This document shows positions 17,459 through 26,380 of a DNA stretch of 64,000 nt, piece after piece. The first letter of the stretch is position 1. Every line of letters begins with the position of its first letter. The stretch is from Rhodanobacteraceae bacterium (GTDB lineage: Bacteria > Pseudomonadota > Gammaproteobacteria > Xanthomonadales > Rhodanobacteraceae). The notes under the pieces were generated by a model. The model saw only the letters and a program-made list of their open reading frames with translations. It was not told the DNA's origin and ran no database searches. The translations under genes and the position numbers were made by a program. The DNA lies in NCBI GenBank assembly GCA_035695065.1, contig DASSEW010000007.1, positions 8,525 through 72,524 of the forward strand. The letters are read 5' to 3'.

Positions 17459-18505
17459 ATGACCAGCGCGGAATTCGCGGCGGTACCTTCGCCGCCGCTC
17501 CTCCCACCAGCCGCCGTCAATGACGCGCGGGCAACGCTGAAGCCGTTCGAGAATTTCGACCAGGCCTGCCGCGCCGTGCTCGCGCGCCTGCGCGCCGACA
17601 CCGGCGTGGCGATGTGGGCGTTCACGCGCACCGACGGCAATGACTGGCTGCTGCTCTCCACCGATGGCGAGCACGAGGGCTTGGCGCCGGGCGGGCGCTT
17701 GCCGTGGCGCGACAGCCTGTGCGCACGCATGGTCGCCGGCGAAGCGCCCGAGGCTGCGCCGGACGTGCTGGCCGAACCGCGCTATCGCGATGCGCCGCTG
17801 CTGGAGCGCGCGCCGATCCGCGCTTACATCGGCGTACCGCTGACGCGCGCAGACGGCAGCTTGTACGGAACCCTGTGCGGCTTCGATCCTTCGCCGCACG
17901 GCTCGGAACTGCCGCTGCACCTGCCGCAGGTGCACTTGCATGCACGCCTGCTCGGCACGCTGCTGGAGCACGACTTGGAGCTGGCGGAAATCGTGCGCCG
18001 CGCCGAACGCGCCGAACTGGATTCGCTCGCCGATCCGTTGACCGGCTGCTACAACCGGCGCGGCTGGACGCGATTGCTGAAAGCCGAAGAAGCCCGCTGC
18101 CGCCGTTACGGCCACGGCGCCGGCGTGATCATGGCCGACCTCGACAACCTCAAGGTGATCAACGACAGCCTCGGACATGACGCGGGCGACGCGCTGCTGG
18201 CGCGCGCGGCGCGCGCACTCGCAAGCGTCGTCCGGCACGGCGATGCAGTCGCGCGTATCGGCGGCGATGAATTCGCGGTGCTGGCGATCGACGTTGGTGC
18301 CGCGGAGCTGGATCAGCTATGCATGCGCGCGGACCAGGCCCTGCGCGATGCCGAAGTGGAGGCCACGCTCGGCACCGGTTTGCGCGATCGCGAGCAGTCG
18401 CTCGCGCAAGCCTACCGGCAGGCGGATCTTGCGATGCTGCAACTCAAGCACGGCAAGCGCGCGCGCTTGCGGGCCATCGCATCGGGCGAGCCGAAGCCGC
18501 GCTGA
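17459..18505 (+). CDS. GAF-domain diguanylate cyclase (GGDEF)
   Basis: ORF 17459..18505. N-terminal GAF-like region (AYIGVPLTRADGSLYGTLCGFD). DPLTGCYNRRGW, DLDNLKVINDSLGHDAGD, RHGDAVARIGGDEFAVL (RxxD I-site plus GGDEF). Confidence 0.88.
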   Translation: MTSAEFAAVPSPPLLPPAAVNDARATLKPFENFDQACRAVLARLRADTGVAMWAFTRTDGNDWLLLSTDGEHEGLAPGGRLPWRDSLCARMVAGEAPEAAPDVLAEPRYRDAPLLERAPIRAYIGVPLTRADGSLYGTLCGFDPSPHGSELPLHLPQVHLHARLLGTLLEHDLELAEIVRRAERAELDSLADPLTGCYNRRGWTRLLKAEEARCRRYGHGAGVIMADLDNLKVINDSLGHDAGDALLARAARALASVVRHGDAVARIGGDEFAVLAIDVGAAELDQLCMRADQALRDAEVEATLGTGLRDREQSLAQAYRQADLAMLQLKHGKRARLRAIASGEPKPR

Positions 18506-18531
18506 GGGCAGCCCCGGCTCGCCCGGGATGA

Positions 18532-19047
18532 TTACTTCTTGTGGTGGTGCGTGCGCACGTGGCCCGCGCGGCTGATGGTGAACTTGGCGCCCGACAAGCC
18601 GAGATCCACGCCCTGGCCCACGCCGGCCAGCGCCAGCGAGACCTCGCCTTTCGTCAGCACCTGCGCGGTGCCCGCTTTCACGGCCGCGATGTTGGCTTCG
18701 CCCTGCGCGTAATCGCCCAGCACATCGCGAATGTTGTGCACGTCGGTGAAGGTGCCGGTGCCGTCGTTGATCTGCCACTTGCCGGCCGTCAAACCGCCGC
18801 CGACCACCTTCAGGTCCACCGGCATCGATTCGCCGTTCTCGCAGGTGACGGTGCCGTGGCCTTCGGCCTTCTTGACGATCGCCGACCAGCCTTTCATCGT
18901 GAACGAAAGCTTGCAATCCAGGTCGGCTTGCGCGGCGTACACGTGCGGTGCAACGGCCAGCGCGGCGGCGCCCAGCAGCGCTGCGCCGATCAGCGCGGTG
19001 GCACGGCGGTGCGTGTAGAGGGTTCGAGCGGTGACATTGCCTTGCAT
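18532..19047 (-). CDS. secreted hypothetical protein
   Basis: ORF 18532..19293; start ATG 19047 preceded by GAAGGAGAA. Signal peptide ...ALIGAALLGAAALAVAPHVYAAQA. Beta-rich, Gly-rich, two Cys, ends HHHKK. Confidence 0.7.
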   Translation of the reverse strand: MQGNVTARTLYTHRRATALIGAALLGAAALAVAPHVYAAQADLDCKLSFTMKGWSAIVKKAEGHGTVTCENGESMPVDLKVVGGGLTAGKWQINDGTGTFTDVHNIRDVLGDYAQGEANIAAVKAGTAQVLTKGEVSLALAGVGQGVDLGLSGAKFTISRAGHVRTHHHKK

Positions 19048-19231
19048 GGCGGATTCTCCTTCTTTGATTGCAAGCCGCGGCGACGGGCGACAGGCCCGAC
19101 TGCCACGGCTACAGTTTCCGCGCGGCGACCTGAACAAGACGGCGCCTCGAACCGACTGCACGCTGAACCGGAGATTTGACAGCGCGATCGGTCGGCCGCA
19201 TGGTCCATTCGGCCATGCAGGAGCAACGATC

Positions 19232-19564
19232 ATGAAGTCCATGCAGATTGCCGGCGCCGCGTTCGCGCTCGCCGCAGCCTTCGCTTTCAACACGGCACCC
19301 GCGCAGGCGCGGGTGGTCTGCCGCGACGTGCAAGTGGTTCACCAGGTGCCGCACAAGGACAAGCACCGCGTCGCCGGCACCGCGATCGGCGCCGTAGCCG
19401 GCGGCCTGCTCGGGCACCAGGTCGGCAAGGGCAAGGGCAAGACGCTCGCCACGGTGGGCGGCGCGGTCGCGGGCGGCGCGATCGGCCATCACGTCCAGAC
19501 CGAACACCAGAAGCACGATACCTACACGACGGTCGAACGCCGCTGCGACGAAGTGCAGGATTGA
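19232..19564 (+). CDS. glycine-zipper 2TM domain protein (small outer-membrane/surface-antigen-like)
   Basis: In ORF 19031..19564, ATG 19232 preceded by CAGGAGCAA. Signal peptide MKSMQIAGAAFALAAAFAFNTAPAQA and Gly-zipper GTAIGAVAGGLLGHQVGKGKGKTLATVGGAVAGGAIG. Confidence 0.75.
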   Translation: MKSMQIAGAAFALAAAFAFNTAPAQARVVCRDVQVVHQVPHKDKHRVAGTAIGAVAGGLLGHQVGKGKGKTLATVGGAVAGGAIGHHVQTEHQKHDTYTTVERRCDEVQD

Positions 19565-19570
19565 CGCGGC

Positions 19571-21715
19571 TCAGTGCCGCGGCAGGTTCACCTTCTGCAT
19601 AAGCATCGCGAAACGCGGATCGGAACACCAGTCGGCGTCGCTGAAACCGGTCACCATCATCAGCAGATGATCGTGATCGGCTGCCGCACGCAGCAGGTTG
19701 TCGAACGCGCGATCCTTGTCGCCGAGTTCCCACTCTGGAAACGCCAGCGCCACGCCCGAAACGTATTGGCGGGCCGAGCGCTTCTCCAGCGCGGCGAGCT
19801 GCTCGCGCGCGAGCGCGTGGTGGCCCGCTTCCCATTGCAGCGTCGCCAGGAACCCGAGATAACTGGACGGATGCGGCGCCGGCGTCAAAGCGACGGCCAT
19901 CCGCGCCTCGGCGATCGCATCCTCGGAGCGGCCCTTGGCCCGCAGCGCGCCGGCCAGGAATGCGTGCGCCAGCGCGAACCGCGGTTCCAGCGCGATCGTG
20001 GCGCGGGCCTGCTCGATCGCGGCGTCCACATCGCCCGCGTACAGCAGCGCCCGCCCGAGGTCGGCGTTGATGATGGGCGAAAGCGGATCCAGGTCGCGCG
20101 CGCGCCGCATTTCCACCAGCGCGCCCGCCATGTCGCCCACGAACCACAGGTACATTGCCCGCCACTGGCGGGCGGTGGCATCGCTCGGATCGAGCTCCAG
20201 CGCGCGCCGCAATTCGCGATCCGCATCCGCCCATCGCCAATGCATTTCATTCAACAGACCCAGCACCGCATGACCGCGCGATTGCTGCGGGTCCAGCGCG
20301 ACCGCCCGCTCGGCCGCGGCGAGCGCGTCTTCGTAATGCGCGTCGGGCGGCGCGTCGCTGTTGTAGTCGCGCAGCACCGTGTAGGCCTCCGCGACCGCGC
20401 TCCAGGCCGGCGCGTAATCCGGGTCGGCCTGGATCGCGCGGCGGAAGTAGGCGATCGCCTGCGCGATGTCGGCGCTGGTGCGGCGATTGAGGTACTGCAA
20501 GCCGACGAAGTAGTAATCGTGCGCGGCCGGATCCAGCCCGGCGCGGGTGTGGAGGTCCGACAACGTCGAGGCGCTGAGCTTGGGTTGCAGCTCGCGCAGC
20601 ACCGCCTCGGCGATTTCATCTTCCACGGTGAGCAGGTCGCGCGCGGCGGGCTCGTATTCGGTCGCCCACAGTTCATAACCGTCCTGCGCGCTGATCAGCG
20701 CCACGCGCACGCGCAGCCGCTCGCCGGAACGTTGCACGCTGCCTTCGAGCACGTTGGCCACGCCGAGCGCATGCGCAGCCTGGCGCACGTCGACCGGCTT
20801 GTCGCGGAACACGAATGCCGAGGTACGCGCGGCCACCCGCAGGTGCGAGAAGCGGCCGAGCCGGTTGATCAGTTCCTCGGTGATGCCGTCGCTCAGGTAC
20901 TGCTGCGAGGCATCGGCATCCATGTCGATGAACGGCAGCACCGCCAGGGTGACGGCGCCGGGCGCGGGTGCGGACGCCGGCTTCGCGGCGACGGCTGCAT
21001 GGTCCCCCGGCGCGGATGCATTGCTGCGCGCCCATCCGAAGTAAACACCTGCCGCGAGCATGACGATCGCGGCAAACCCGGCGGCAACGATCCACATGCG
21101 CCGGCGGCCGGGCGGCGGAACGGGGGCCTGCGCAGGCGATTCCGGAGCGCGCTCGGGCATCGCCACGGCGACTTCGCCTGCAGCCGTCGGGACAGGAAGC
21201 GCCGGTGCATCGACATCGCCGGCGCGGCGGCGCGGCGGCTCCGCCGGCTCGACCGGATGCAGCAATGCGCATTCGGCTTCCCACAATTGCGCGGTCAGCA
21301 ACTGCATCGCGTCGGCGAGGCGGCGGCGATAGGTACTCCAGCTCAGGTGCAGGCTTTCGGCCACCACCTGCTGGCTGCGCATCGGCGACAGCCAGGTCAG
21401 CTCCAGCACGCGCCGCAGCGCGGCGAGCTTCGGCGCATCGCCGATGCGCTCGCACTGTTCGCGCAGGAGGTCCTTCAGCGCCTGCACCGGCGCGATGGGC
21501 TCCGCCGCCTCGCGCACCGCGGCCGCGACCAGTCGCGAATGCAGCAATGCGTTCTCGCGCAGCAGGTCGGTGCGCAGGTAATGCCGCAAGGCCGAACGCA
21601 CGGCGTCGGCGAATTCGGCTTCGGTCAATGCGGCAGCGGGCTGCTCGGCGGCTTCGCTGGAAGCGGACGCAGGACGATGCTGCCCGGCTGGTTCGGACCC
21701 GATCGGCTCTGCCAT
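19571..21715 (-). CDS. membrane-anchored putative transcription regulator: N-terminal sigma70-region-4-like HTH, TM helix, TolB-N-like module, TPR repeats
   Basis: ORF 19571..21844; ATG 21715. HTH-like SQQVVAESLHLSWSTYRRRLADAMQLL. TM WIVAAGFAAIVMLAAGVYFGW. Then LAVLPFIDMDADASQQYLSDGITEELINRLGRFSHLRVAARTS. Then multiple TPR-like units (AIAYFRRAIQADPDYAPAW, ERAVALDPQQSRGH, RRALELDPSDA). Confidence 0.8.
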   Translation of the reverse strand: MAEPIGSEPAGQHRPASASSEAAEQPAAALTEAEFADAVRSALRHYLRTDLLRENALLHSRLVAAAVREAAEPIAPVQALKDLLREQCERIGDAPKLAALRRVLELTWLSPMRSQQVVAESLHLSWSTYRRRLADAMQLLTAQLWEAECALLHPVEPAEPPRRRAGDVDAPALPVPTAAGEVAVAMPERAPESPAQAPVPPPGRRRMWIVAAGFAAIVMLAAGVYFGWARSNASAPGDHAAVAAKPASAPAPGAVTLAVLPFIDMDADASQQYLSDGITEELINRLGRFSHLRVAARTSAFVFRDKPVDVRQAAHALGVANVLEGSVQRSGERLRVRVALISAQDGYELWATEYEPAARDLLTVEDEIAEAVLRELQPKLSASTLSDLHTRAGLDPAAHDYYFVGLQYLNRRTSADIAQAIAYFRRAIQADPDYAPAWSAVAEAYTVLRDYNSDAPPDAHYEDALAAAERAVALDPQQSRGHAVLGLLNEMHWRWADADRELRRALELDPSDATARQWRAMYLWFVGDMAGALVEMRRARDLDPLSPIINADLGRALLYAGDVDAAIEQARATIALEPRFALAHAFLAGALRAKGRSEDAIAEARMAVALTPAPHPSSYLGFLATLQWEAGHHALAREQLAALEKRSARQYVSGVALAFPEWELGDKDRAFDNLLRAAADHDHLLMMVTGFSDADWCSDPRFAMLMQKVNLPRH

Positions 21716-21877
21716 GCTGCCCCGCGCACCCCTCGCTGGCCAGGGCTTGCAGTCTAACCCGTGCGCGCCGGGATGGTAAACGCACGCCTGAGCCGGAAAT
21801 GAGCAGCATCTGGCATAGAAAGCGGACAGCGGCATGCCATGCAATGCACGGCACCGGTCATCCCCGAGCCCCGACCC

Positions 21878-22459
21878 ATGCCACGCTTCTGCTTACGCCT
21901 GCTGCCGCAGATCTTCTCGTGCGCGATCGCACTCTGCGCCTGCGGCGGCGAGAGCGGACCGGTGCCGGGCGGCCCGCACGCGCAGCCGCCGATTGCGACG
22001 CCCGGTCGCGCCGGCCCGCTGGCCGAATCCGATATCGCGCTGTACCTGCAAGTGATGCGCGAAGCCGCGCAGCGGGTGCAGCATCCGACCGCCGCGGAGA
22101 AGCAGATGCTGGCCCGGGCCGATGCGGTCACCGCCGCCGCGAACCGCGGCGAGGTCTCGCTCGCGCCCGCCGACAACCAGGCCCTGCAGGACGCGCTGGC
22201 GTTCCACATGCAGATGGACCTGCAGGTCGCCAAGGCGCGCAGCCTCGACGTGTTGCATTACCAGGCGCTCAGCGAACGCATCGAGGAAGAAGCAGGCGAA
22301 CTGTATTGCCGGCCTTCCGCCGCCGTGCCGGACACCACGTTGAAACCGCGGGTGGCTGAAATCGAGCACCTGGTCGGCATCGTGCGGAACCCGGGACCGA
22401 CCGGTTCGGCGCCGGTTCCGCCTGTCTGCGCCGATGGCGACGCGGGCGCGCAATATTGA
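21878..22459 (+). CDS. hypothetical lipoprotein
   Basis: In ORF 21839..22459; ATG 21878. MPRFCLRLLPQIFSCAIALCACGG lipobox. Helical, no recognisable family. Confidence 0.7.
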   Translation: MPRFCLRLLPQIFSCAIALCACGGESGPVPGGPHAQPPIATPGRAGPLAESDIALYLQVMREAAQRVQHPTAAEKQMLARADAVTAAANRGEVSLAPADNQALQDALAFHMQMDLQVAKARSLDVLHYQALSERIEEEAGELYCRPSAAVPDTTLKPRVAEIEHLVGIVRNPGPTGSAPVPPVCADGDAGAQY

Positions 22460-22502
22460 TCCACCTTCGTCCCACGCAACACCGTTTCCACCAGGAGAGA
22501 TC

Positions 22503-22937
22503 ATGAAGACCACGTTGCTGCCCGGCCTGCTCGCCCTCGCCGCCCTGCCCGCGCTTGCCGCCGACAATCCGATGAAGCCGGGCATGTGGGAAATCACCGC
22601 CCGGACCGAAATGGCCGGCATGCCTTACAAGATGCCGCCGATGACGTCGAAGATCTGCATCACGCCGGAGATGCTGGCGAAGAATCACGGCCTGGGTGAA
22701 CAGAAGTCGCCGCCTGGCACGCATTGCGAGCGCACCGACTACAAGATTTCCGGCAACCACGCCGAATGGGGCGTGAGCTGCACCGGCAAGAACGCGATGA
22801 GCGGCCACGGCACCCTGACCTGGGATTCCCCGGATTCGTATCACGGCGAAACCCATCTCACGATGCAAATGGATGGCCATACCAACAACGTGGACCAGAC
22901 GATGAGCGCGAAGCGCCTCGGCGAGTGCACCAAGTGA
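22503..22937 (+). CDS. DUF3617-like secreted protein
   Basis: In ORF 22434..22937; ATG 22503 preceded by CAGGAGAGA. Signal peptide MKTTLLPGLLALAALPALAA then MKPGMWEITARTEMAGMP... with four conserved-looking Cys. This is the pattern I recall for DUF3617. Confidence 0.75.
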   Translation: MKTTLLPGLLALAALPALAADNPMKPGMWEITARTEMAGMPYKMPPMTSKICITPEMLAKNHGLGEQKSPPGTHCERTDYKISGNHAEWGVSCTGKNAMSGHGTLTWDSPDSYHGETHLTMQMDGHTNNVDQTMSAKRLGECTK

Positions 22938-22948
22938 GCGAGCGAGGA

Positions 22949-23467
22949 ATGACCATGTTCGAGATCTCCCACACCCGCCTGCGCGGGCTGCTGATGGCGG
23001 TCGCCATCGGCCTGCTGGTTTGCTTCGGTGCCCACGCCGCCGCGCCTGCGGCCGACGATCCTGATCTGCAACGGGTCGCGAATTTCCGCATGGATGACCA
23101 GGTCATGGCGAAGTACATCAAGGCCCAGGAGGCGTTGATGCAGGCCGCCAAGTCGCATCCGGAGCTGGAAAACCAGGAAGACCCGAGCGATGCGAAGACG
23201 CTGGACGAAACCATCGCCCGCCTGGACAAGCAGCCTGTGCTGCGCGCGGCGCTCGCCTCCGCGGGCATGAGCACGCGCGATTACGTGTTGTGCAGCTTCG
23301 CCCTGATGCAGAGCAGCATCTACGCGTGGGGCGTGCAGATGCAGGGCCAGAAGATGTGGGCGAAGATTCCGCCCGGTATCCCGACGGCGAACACCAAATG
23401 GGTGATCGCGCACAAGGCGGAACTGGAAAAGCTGAAGTCGGCGTCCGGGGGCGATGACGGCAACTGA
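22949..23467 (+). CDS. hypothetical secreted/TM-anchored protein
   Basis: In ORF 22724..23467; ATG 22949 preceded by GAGCGAGGA. Hydrophobic LRGLLMAVAIGLLVCFGAHAAA then a helical domain. No family recognised. Confidence 0.7.
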   Translation: MTMFEISHTRLRGLLMAVAIGLLVCFGAHAAAPAADDPDLQRVANFRMDDQVMAKYIKAQEALMQAAKSHPELENQEDPSDAKTLDETIARLDKQPVLRAALASAGMSTRDYVLCSFALMQSSIYAWGVQMQGQKMWAKIPPGIPTANTKWVIAHKAELEKLKSASGGDDGN

Positions 23468-23493
23468 GTGCAGCACGAGGCTCGGGGAGGGGC

Positions 23494-23524
23494 ACGGCCG
23501 CCGCAAGGCGGCCGTTGTTTTTAT
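23494..23524 (+). terminator. intrinsic terminator
   Basis: ACGGCCGCC-gcaa-GGCGGCCGT followed by TGTTTTTATT, 27 nt after the stop at 23467. Sits between convergent genes. Confidence 0.6.
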
Positions 23525-23532
23525 TGGCGCTG

Positions 23533-24333
23533 CTACTTCGAGAGCTTGTCGATCAGCTTGACCATGATCGTGCCGCCCGGCAGCACCATCCCGGCGAAAT
23601 CCGCGCCAAGGTCGAACAGCGCATCGCGCGAGCCGAGCTTGCGCACGGCATTGCCGAGCATGCTGCCTTCCTTGTTGACGCGGCCCGACAGGCCATCGAT
23701 CTCGATCACGCCGAGTTTGTCCTTCCACGCGAACTGGAACGCATACACGGGGCGATACAAAAGATCGAGTGCATGCAGGTCGATCTCGTCGGAATCGATC
23801 TGGTCGGCCTCGACCGGCGCCGCAAGCCGCGACTTCACCTGCTGCAACACCGAGGCGGCCGTGACGGTCGGCGCGATGAAATGCGGTTCGCTGCTGTCGG
23901 TGACCTCGCGGAAGGCGTAATTGCCTGCGAAGTCGGCCAGCAGCTTTTCGGAATTCGGGCGGTGCAGCCCGTCGAAATATTCCGACAAAGGCGTGACGCG
24001 TTCGCAATGCTCCAGCGCCGGCAGGTGCAATTCGCGGCGCGCGTCCACGTCCAGTTTCTGTCCCAGCAATTCCACGGCAGCCGCGTCGGCGTGCTCGATG
24101 CGCAGCTTGTAATTGGCCTTGCGCTTGTACACCGTGCGCCGCTCGGCCTTGGCCAGCCAGAACGGCTCGTAGCGCTTCTCGGATTTGGCGAGCGTGATGT
24201 CGGTGTCCTTGGGCCGATCCCACAGCTTCATGCGCGCCAGCATGCCGAATGCGCCAACCTTCTCGTGCTCCGCCTGCGCGCGCGCCGACACGTCGTTGTA
24301 GACATCGTCGAAGACGCAAATCTTTTCTTCCAT
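23533..24333 (-). CDS. hypothetical protein (266 aa, cytoplasmic, no family recognised)
   Basis: ORF 23533..24333, ATG start. Native-like GC and codon bias. No TM or signal peptide. C-terminal hydrophobic/amphipathic tail DLGADFAGMVLPGGTIMVKLIDKLSK. Confidence 0.75.
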   Translation of the reverse strand: MEEKICVFDDVYNDVSARAQAEHEKVGAFGMLARMKLWDRPKDTDITLAKSEKRYEPFWLAKAERRTVYKRKANYKLRIEHADAAAVELLGQKLDVDARRELHLPALEHCERVTPLSEYFDGLHRPNSEKLLADFAGNYAFREVTDSSEPHFIAPTVTAASVLQQVKSRLAAPVEADQIDSDEIDLHALDLLYRPVYAFQFAWKDKLGVIEIDGLSGRVNKEGSMLGNAVRKLGSRDALFDLGADFAGMVLPGGTIMVKLIDKLSK

Positions 24334-24411
24334 GCATTCCCCAATGCGTGCCGCCCGTGAGCGGCATCATGCGCGCGCGCAGCGGCGCTTTTCAACAGTC
24401 CGGAACGGGGA

Positions 24412-25152
24412 TCACTTCTTCGACAGCTCCGGGAATTTCGCGGGGTCGAAGCCGGCGACCTCGAAGGTCAGCGTTTCCTTGCCGTGGTCTTTGGTGACCA
24501 CGTCCATCTCGATCACCTTGGCTTTCTCCATCGCCTTGATGAAGCGCGAATCGTCCTTGATGAACAGCGCGGGTTCGCCGGTCTTGGGCAGGTAGGCTTT
24601 CCACTTTTCCGGCTTGCCGTCGAAGCGCATCGGCAACTCGCATTGGTCCTTGCAGACGAAGCCGTGGCCGCTGCCGAACAGGTAAACACTTTGGCCCCAC
24701 TTCGAATGCCGGCGCAGGATCAGGCGCACCGCTGCCTCGCCCGTGGGCTTGCTGCTGCTGATGCTGGCGCTGATCTGCTTGCCGCCGGATTGCATGCCGG
24801 TCTGGTACAGCCACAGCGCGGCAAGGCGATCGCTTTCGGCCCTGGCTTTGGCCTTGGCCTGGATGCCCGGCAGCGTCTTCTGCACTTCCGCCGCACCCGG
24901 CGTGTTCGGGTAATCGGTGACGATCTCTTCGCCGATCGGCGCGGCCAGGTCGTCGCGATGGTCATTGAGCATCTGCTGGTAGAGCTTCAGCTTCTGCGCC
25001 GCCTGCTGGACATCCGCGTTCTGCGGGTTGGCCGGCACCGCGTTGGACGTGTTCGCCTGGTTGCCGCCCGGGCTGCATGCCGCAAGCGAGAACGCCAGCA
25101 ACGCGCCGGCGAGCGGCGCTCCGTATTGCTTCACTGCGCGGGAGAGTTCCAT
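24412..25152 (-). CDS. hypothetical lipoprotein
   Basis: ORF 24412..25179; ATG 25152 (MELSRAVKQYGAPLAGALLAFSLAACS lipobox). Confidence 0.75.
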   Translation of the reverse strand: MELSRAVKQYGAPLAGALLAFSLAACSPGGNQANTSNAVPANPQNADVQQAAQKLKLYQQMLNDHRDDLAAPIGEEIVTDYPNTPGAAEVQKTLPGIQAKAKARAESDRLAALWLYQTGMQSGGKQISASISSSKPTGEAAVRLILRRHSKWGQSVYLFGSGHGFVCKDQCELPMRFDGKPEKWKAYLPKTGEPALFIKDDSRFIKAMEKAKVIEMDVVTKDHGKETLTFEVAGFDPAKFPELSKK

Positions 25153-25212
25153 CGCCCGATTATGCGTCATCCCGCGCATGGCGGCAGCCGTCCCTGGCCG
25201 CCTCGGCTCCCG

Positions 25213-26274
25213 TCACCCGCACTCACTGCAGGCGTGCGGATGTCCGTGCCGGATCACGGCCGGGCGCACCTGCGGCTTGGCATCGCGCTGGCCGAAAACC
25301 ATCCCTCCGAGGATCAACGCGCCACCCGCGGCCATGCTGAGCGTCAGCGGTTCGCCGAGGAACAGCCAGCCCCACGCCACGCCGAACGCCGGCACCAGCC
25401 AGGTCACCATCGCCGCGCGCGCCGCGCCGATGCGCTGGATCAACTTGAAATACAGCGCGTAGGCGGTGCCGGTGCAGAACACGCCCAGTGCGACCACGCT
25501 CGCCCACGAGTGCGAAGGAATCGACGTCGCCGGCCAGCTCGCGAACGCCAGCGGCGCCAGTTCGATCGCTCCGCACAGCAACGCCGCGGCAGCCAGGGCG
25601 GCGGGCGGCAGGTCGGAAAGATAACGCTTCAACAGATTGGCCGAGATGCCATACATCAGCGCCGCCAGCGTGCCGGCCGCGACCGCCGCGCCGATATTGG
25701 AACCGGCGACGTGCCCGCTCGCCAGCACGGCCACGCCGACCAGGCCCGCGAACAGCGCGATCGCGCGGCGCGCACCGATGCGTTCCCCGAACACGAAGAA
25801 CGCAGCCAGCGCAGCGAACGGCACCGCCATGCTGTTGGAAATCGCACTGACGCCCGCCGGTGCACGTTCCGCGCCCCACGCGAACAGCAGGAACGGCAAG
25901 GTGGTGTTGAGCGCGCCGATGCCGATCACCGCCAACCAGCGCGAGCGCGTGAAACGCGCGCGCTCACGCAACAGGAACGGCAGCAGCACCAGCGCACCCA
26001 GGGCGAGCCGCACTTCCACCATCGGGAACGGGCCGAAGTCCTTAGCGGCCACGCGCTGGAACAAGAACGAGCCGCCCCAGATCGCCGCCAGCACAATCAG
26101 CATTGCGTAGACGCCCATCTCGCCATTGCCCGGCTGGCGAATGCGTTTCCCGCCGCGCGGCTTGCGCTTCCGCGGCCGGCCCACCTGCGCCAGCCGCCGC
26201 GCGGTTTCCGGGTTCGTGATGTGGCCCTGCAGGAACAGCATGCCGCCGGCGATCTTTGCAAATTCGTTCAACAT
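25213..26274 (-). CDS. DMT/EamA-family transporter, possibly with a 52-aa basic N-terminal extension
   Basis: ORF 25213..26472. Ten-TM EamA-like body from MGVYAMLIVLAAIWGGSFLF (ATG 26118). The in-frame upstream ATG 26274 has the strong RBS GGAGAAGGAAGCC and coding-like GC3, so the longer form is listed. The alternative start is 26118. Confidence 0.8.
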   Translation of the reverse strand: MLNEFAKIAGGMLFLQGHITNPETARRLAQVGRPRKRKPRGGKRIRQPGNGEMGVYAMLIVLAAIWGGSFLFQRVAAKDFGPFPMVEVRLALGALVLLPFLLRERARFTRSRWLAVIGIGALNTTLPFLLFAWGAERAPAGVSAISNSMAVPFAALAAFFVFGERIGARRAIALFAGLVGVAVLASGHVAGSNIGAAVAAGTLAALMYGISANLLKRYLSDLPPAALAAAALLCGAIELAPLAFASWPATSIPSHSWASVVALGVFCTGTAYALYFKLIQRIGAARAAMVTWLVPAFGVAWGWLFLGEPLTLSMAAGGALILGGMVFGQRDAKPQVRPAVIRHGHPHACSECG

Positions 26275-26380
26275 GGCTTCCTTCTCCAATGTTGCGAGAT
26301 TGACCCTGGAAGCGCAGCATATGGTCGCCCCGTGGCTTGCGGTAGTGATGATTTTTCCAATCTGACTTGAGAAATATCGA

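Noticed and set aside
19574-21757. 727-aa plus-strand ORF
   Set aside because: It is antisense to the HTH-TM-TPR gene. That gene has a coherent domain architecture (TM helix, TPR periodicity), whereas this frame has none.
21808-21836. TGGCAT...ATGCCA near the lipoprotein operon as a sigma54 promoter
   Set aside because: The GG-to-GC spacing is 8 nt rather than the required 10, and no TTGC element is present. It is probably just a short dyad.
24484-26370. 628-aa plus-strand ORF
   Set aside because: It is antisense to the lipoprotein and EamA genes and crosses an intergenic spacer. No motifs.
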